Shown one piece after another: positions 41,728 to 44,764 of a stretch of DNA of 44,764 nt. The stretch's first letter is position 1. Each line of letters begins with the position of its first letter. A program made the position numbers and the translations under genes. The stretch is from Macrostomum lignano (lineage: Eukaryota): NCBI GenBank assembly GCA_002269645.1, contig NIVC01003104.1:1-44764 (forward strand), given 5' to 3'. The notes under the pieces are model-generated. The model saw only the letters and a list, made by a program, of their open reading frames with translations, did no database searches and was not told where the DNA came from.

Positions 41728-42410
41728 CTTTAGACACTCACTAGTACAAGAATATGAGATTGATGCTGTGACTGTGTGCGAGCACACGCATGTACTTCAG
41801 ACTAACTGATTTGAAATCTGCATCTTTCTTCCATCTGCTTTTGTCTCTCTCTTTCTCTTCACAAAATATTTTAAAAAATCGCCGCAGCACCTCTGCTTTA
41901 CAACAGAAGCAAAAATGTCCAAAACATTTTACGTAGCTCGCTCGCACGCACGCATCGTTGACAAGAGAAGTCCTCTTGTACACTGCGGAGGATTTCTCCG
42001 CCTCCGTGGGTAGAGTCAGAGGCTTAGGTGGGCAAAAAAGAAGAGGGGAGACGGCCGGTCACCCGTCTATTTCCCCTTTAACAGCTCCGCGGGGGGCCTC
42101 GTTTGCACAGCTGCCATCCGCTGGCCTGGGCCTCCCTCCGCCACCGCCTCCTTCTGCAGCGACTTGATTTCAATGCGCGGCGGGTAGCGACTTTTTTAGA
42201 GGGATGGAGAGAGAGTGGGAAGGGAAAGAAGCATAGGAGGAGCTTGTTGGATGAGGCAAGGAGATCTAGAGGCAGTATATCTGGAGTAACAACTCCTAAC
42301 TAAACTTGGCCATTTTTTCAAAACTTGGCCTATAAAATGGAATTCGAGGTTTGAGCACGATTGATGATTTCAATGAACTGGAAAAATTCACTAATAGTTT
42401 CAAAACTGAA

Positions 42411-42535
<125 letters not shown>

Positions 42536-42589
42536 AGGAAGATGTTGCTGCTGGCATCCTTCTTTGTGCTGATGTCCAATGTCCGAAAT

Positions 42590-42805
42590 TAGGTCGCCGT
42601 TTATTCGCCTATGTCTATGGCCGAACTTGGGTCGCCGTTTTTCCGCCTATGTCTATGGCCGAACTTGGGTCGCCGTTTTTCCGCCTATGTCTATGGCCGA
42701 ACCTGGGTCGCCGTTTTTCCGCCTATGTCTATGGCCGAACTTGGGTCGCCGTTTTTCCGCCTATGTCTATGGCCGCACTTGGGTCGCCGTTTTCCACCTA
42801 TGTCT
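42590..42805. repeat. 38-bp tandem repeat (TATGTCTATGGCCGAACTTGGGTCGCCGTTTTTCCGCC), ~5.5 copies
   Basis: Period 38 (42610, 42648, 42686, 42724, 42762); no spacers. Confidence 0.95.
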
Positions 42806-44198
42806 ATGATCAAGACCAAATCTACTGTTGCCAAGTGGTAATTCTCAACTTGACTGACAAAAGCAATACAGTAAAAAAGATGTAGATATTTTAGCAAAGT
42901 CAACCTCAACCTAAAGTTGTCTGAAAGTGGGTTGCTTGCAAGGTTGCAGGTTTTGGTTCTGGGGCCTCCTTGGCCTAGTAGGGGCGCGCTAGGAGGACTA
43001 AGAGGAGCCGAGAGAAGACGGGAGCCTGTGTTGTAGTGTATTATGACTAGGGGGGGGGGGATTCTTCAAATTGGGGGAATGCAAGGGGATGCGGGAACGG
43101 AGGAAGGGGAAAGGGAGAGGGGGAGAGGGGACAGGCGAGAGAGAGAGAGGAGGCAGATGAGCGCAGGCGAACGCATGGCGAAATAAGTCGCTAGCTAATA
43201 ATAAAATCCGTTCTCTCTCTCTGCCCCCTGCCGGGCTTTCGGGGCCTGGGGAGTCGGGTTGACTGAGGTTGGCAGTTTACGCTAAGACGCGGTCGGGGAT
43301 TCCACTAAGGGCAGAAGGGGAGGCTTGGGGTTGGCTGGGGCAGTTCATGGGGGGAGACAGACGATTGGAGGAGGGTATGGCAGCAAGGGGAGGAAGCTCC
43401 TGGAAGAAGGATTTTTAAGCCGAACGCGAACGCAGCGTACAAGAAGAGAAGAGAGAGAGAGAGTATTGGAAGGCTGAGACCGTATTTTTCTCCCAATTTC
43501 AAACTTGGCCTCTTGGCATCGATTCTCTAACTCAGTTTCGTTGCATTGATAAGCAGAAAAAGCTGAAGTGTGAGGTGTGTAATATATTTTTGTCACCGCA
43601 AGTTGATTTTTTTCTAATTCTATTCGAAAATTCCAATCCGGAGCAGTATTCGAAGGAGTGCGCGCTAGCAACTATTAGTTGCTGCTTCGGCGACAGCAGA
43701 AGAAACCCCCGGTGAGGTGAGTCAGTCTCCAAACCTGGATTTTCAAATTTTTGTTAACTGCGAAATTTTTGGTTTGTAACTTTACATAACTTCTCTTGAA
43801 TAACTATGGAATGAACCTGTGACTCATAGCGCCTCGACTTCCTTTCCTTTCCGCGCTCTTTACCTCTCCACTCGCTACATATTCGGTCGGTCAGACGCTT
43901 TTTTTGGATGGGGGAGGCTACAAATAAAACCGCTAGCACTGTTCGACATCTTCAATAGATGGGCTTTAATGGCGTCCTACCTCTATCCTCGTGTCCTCTA
44001 TACCAGTAGGCATTCAACTGATTATGATGCAAATAGAGATTACGTGTAACTTTATATTGTTTTACATCATTAATTACAATGTGCGTAGTTTTTAGGGATT
44101 CATAATAAAATTCCTGAAGTTAAAAACGAATATCGTTTAGATTTAATTATACGGGTGTATGTAATCCTTAATCTCCCTACTTCTAAATTACTCATGCC

Positions 44199-44764
<566 letters not shown>

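Noticed and set aside
43560-43720. Possible + strand first exon ending at CCG|GTGAGG or GAG|GTGAGT
   Set aside because: Only a donor-like motif after a GC-rich stretch; no ORF or downstream exon in the window supports it.

Overview
Eukaryotic, intron-rich and very repeat-rich genomic DNA. The gene families and style suggest an invertebrate, possibly a free-living flatworm such as Macrostomum; this is inference only. Four genes can be reconstructed. (1) A + strand ankyrin-repeat / Mab-21 (cGAS-like, cGLR) nucleotidyltransferase gene at <3-4497. Its catalytic core is intact, but it has many frameshifts as assembled, and its intron holds a tRNA-derived SINE and an inverted copy of part of its own coding sequence. 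(2) A two-exon FAM166/CIMIP2 ciliary microtubule inner protein gene (- strand, 6758-8705). (3) A 13-exon Dachs-like unconventional myosin (- strand, 11413-27251) whose introns are inflated by different mini/microsatellites and one 181-bp solo LTR. (4) A five-exon 467-aa DUF4806-like gene (- strand, 32060-35353) inside an 8,749-bp DNA transposon (29718-38466) with 31-bp TIRs starting CCC and a 2-bp AC target-site duplication (CMC/EnSpm-like); I found no transposase in it. Most long ORFs in the supplied track are artefacts of tandem repeats. All family assignments come from motif recognition by eye, not database searches.
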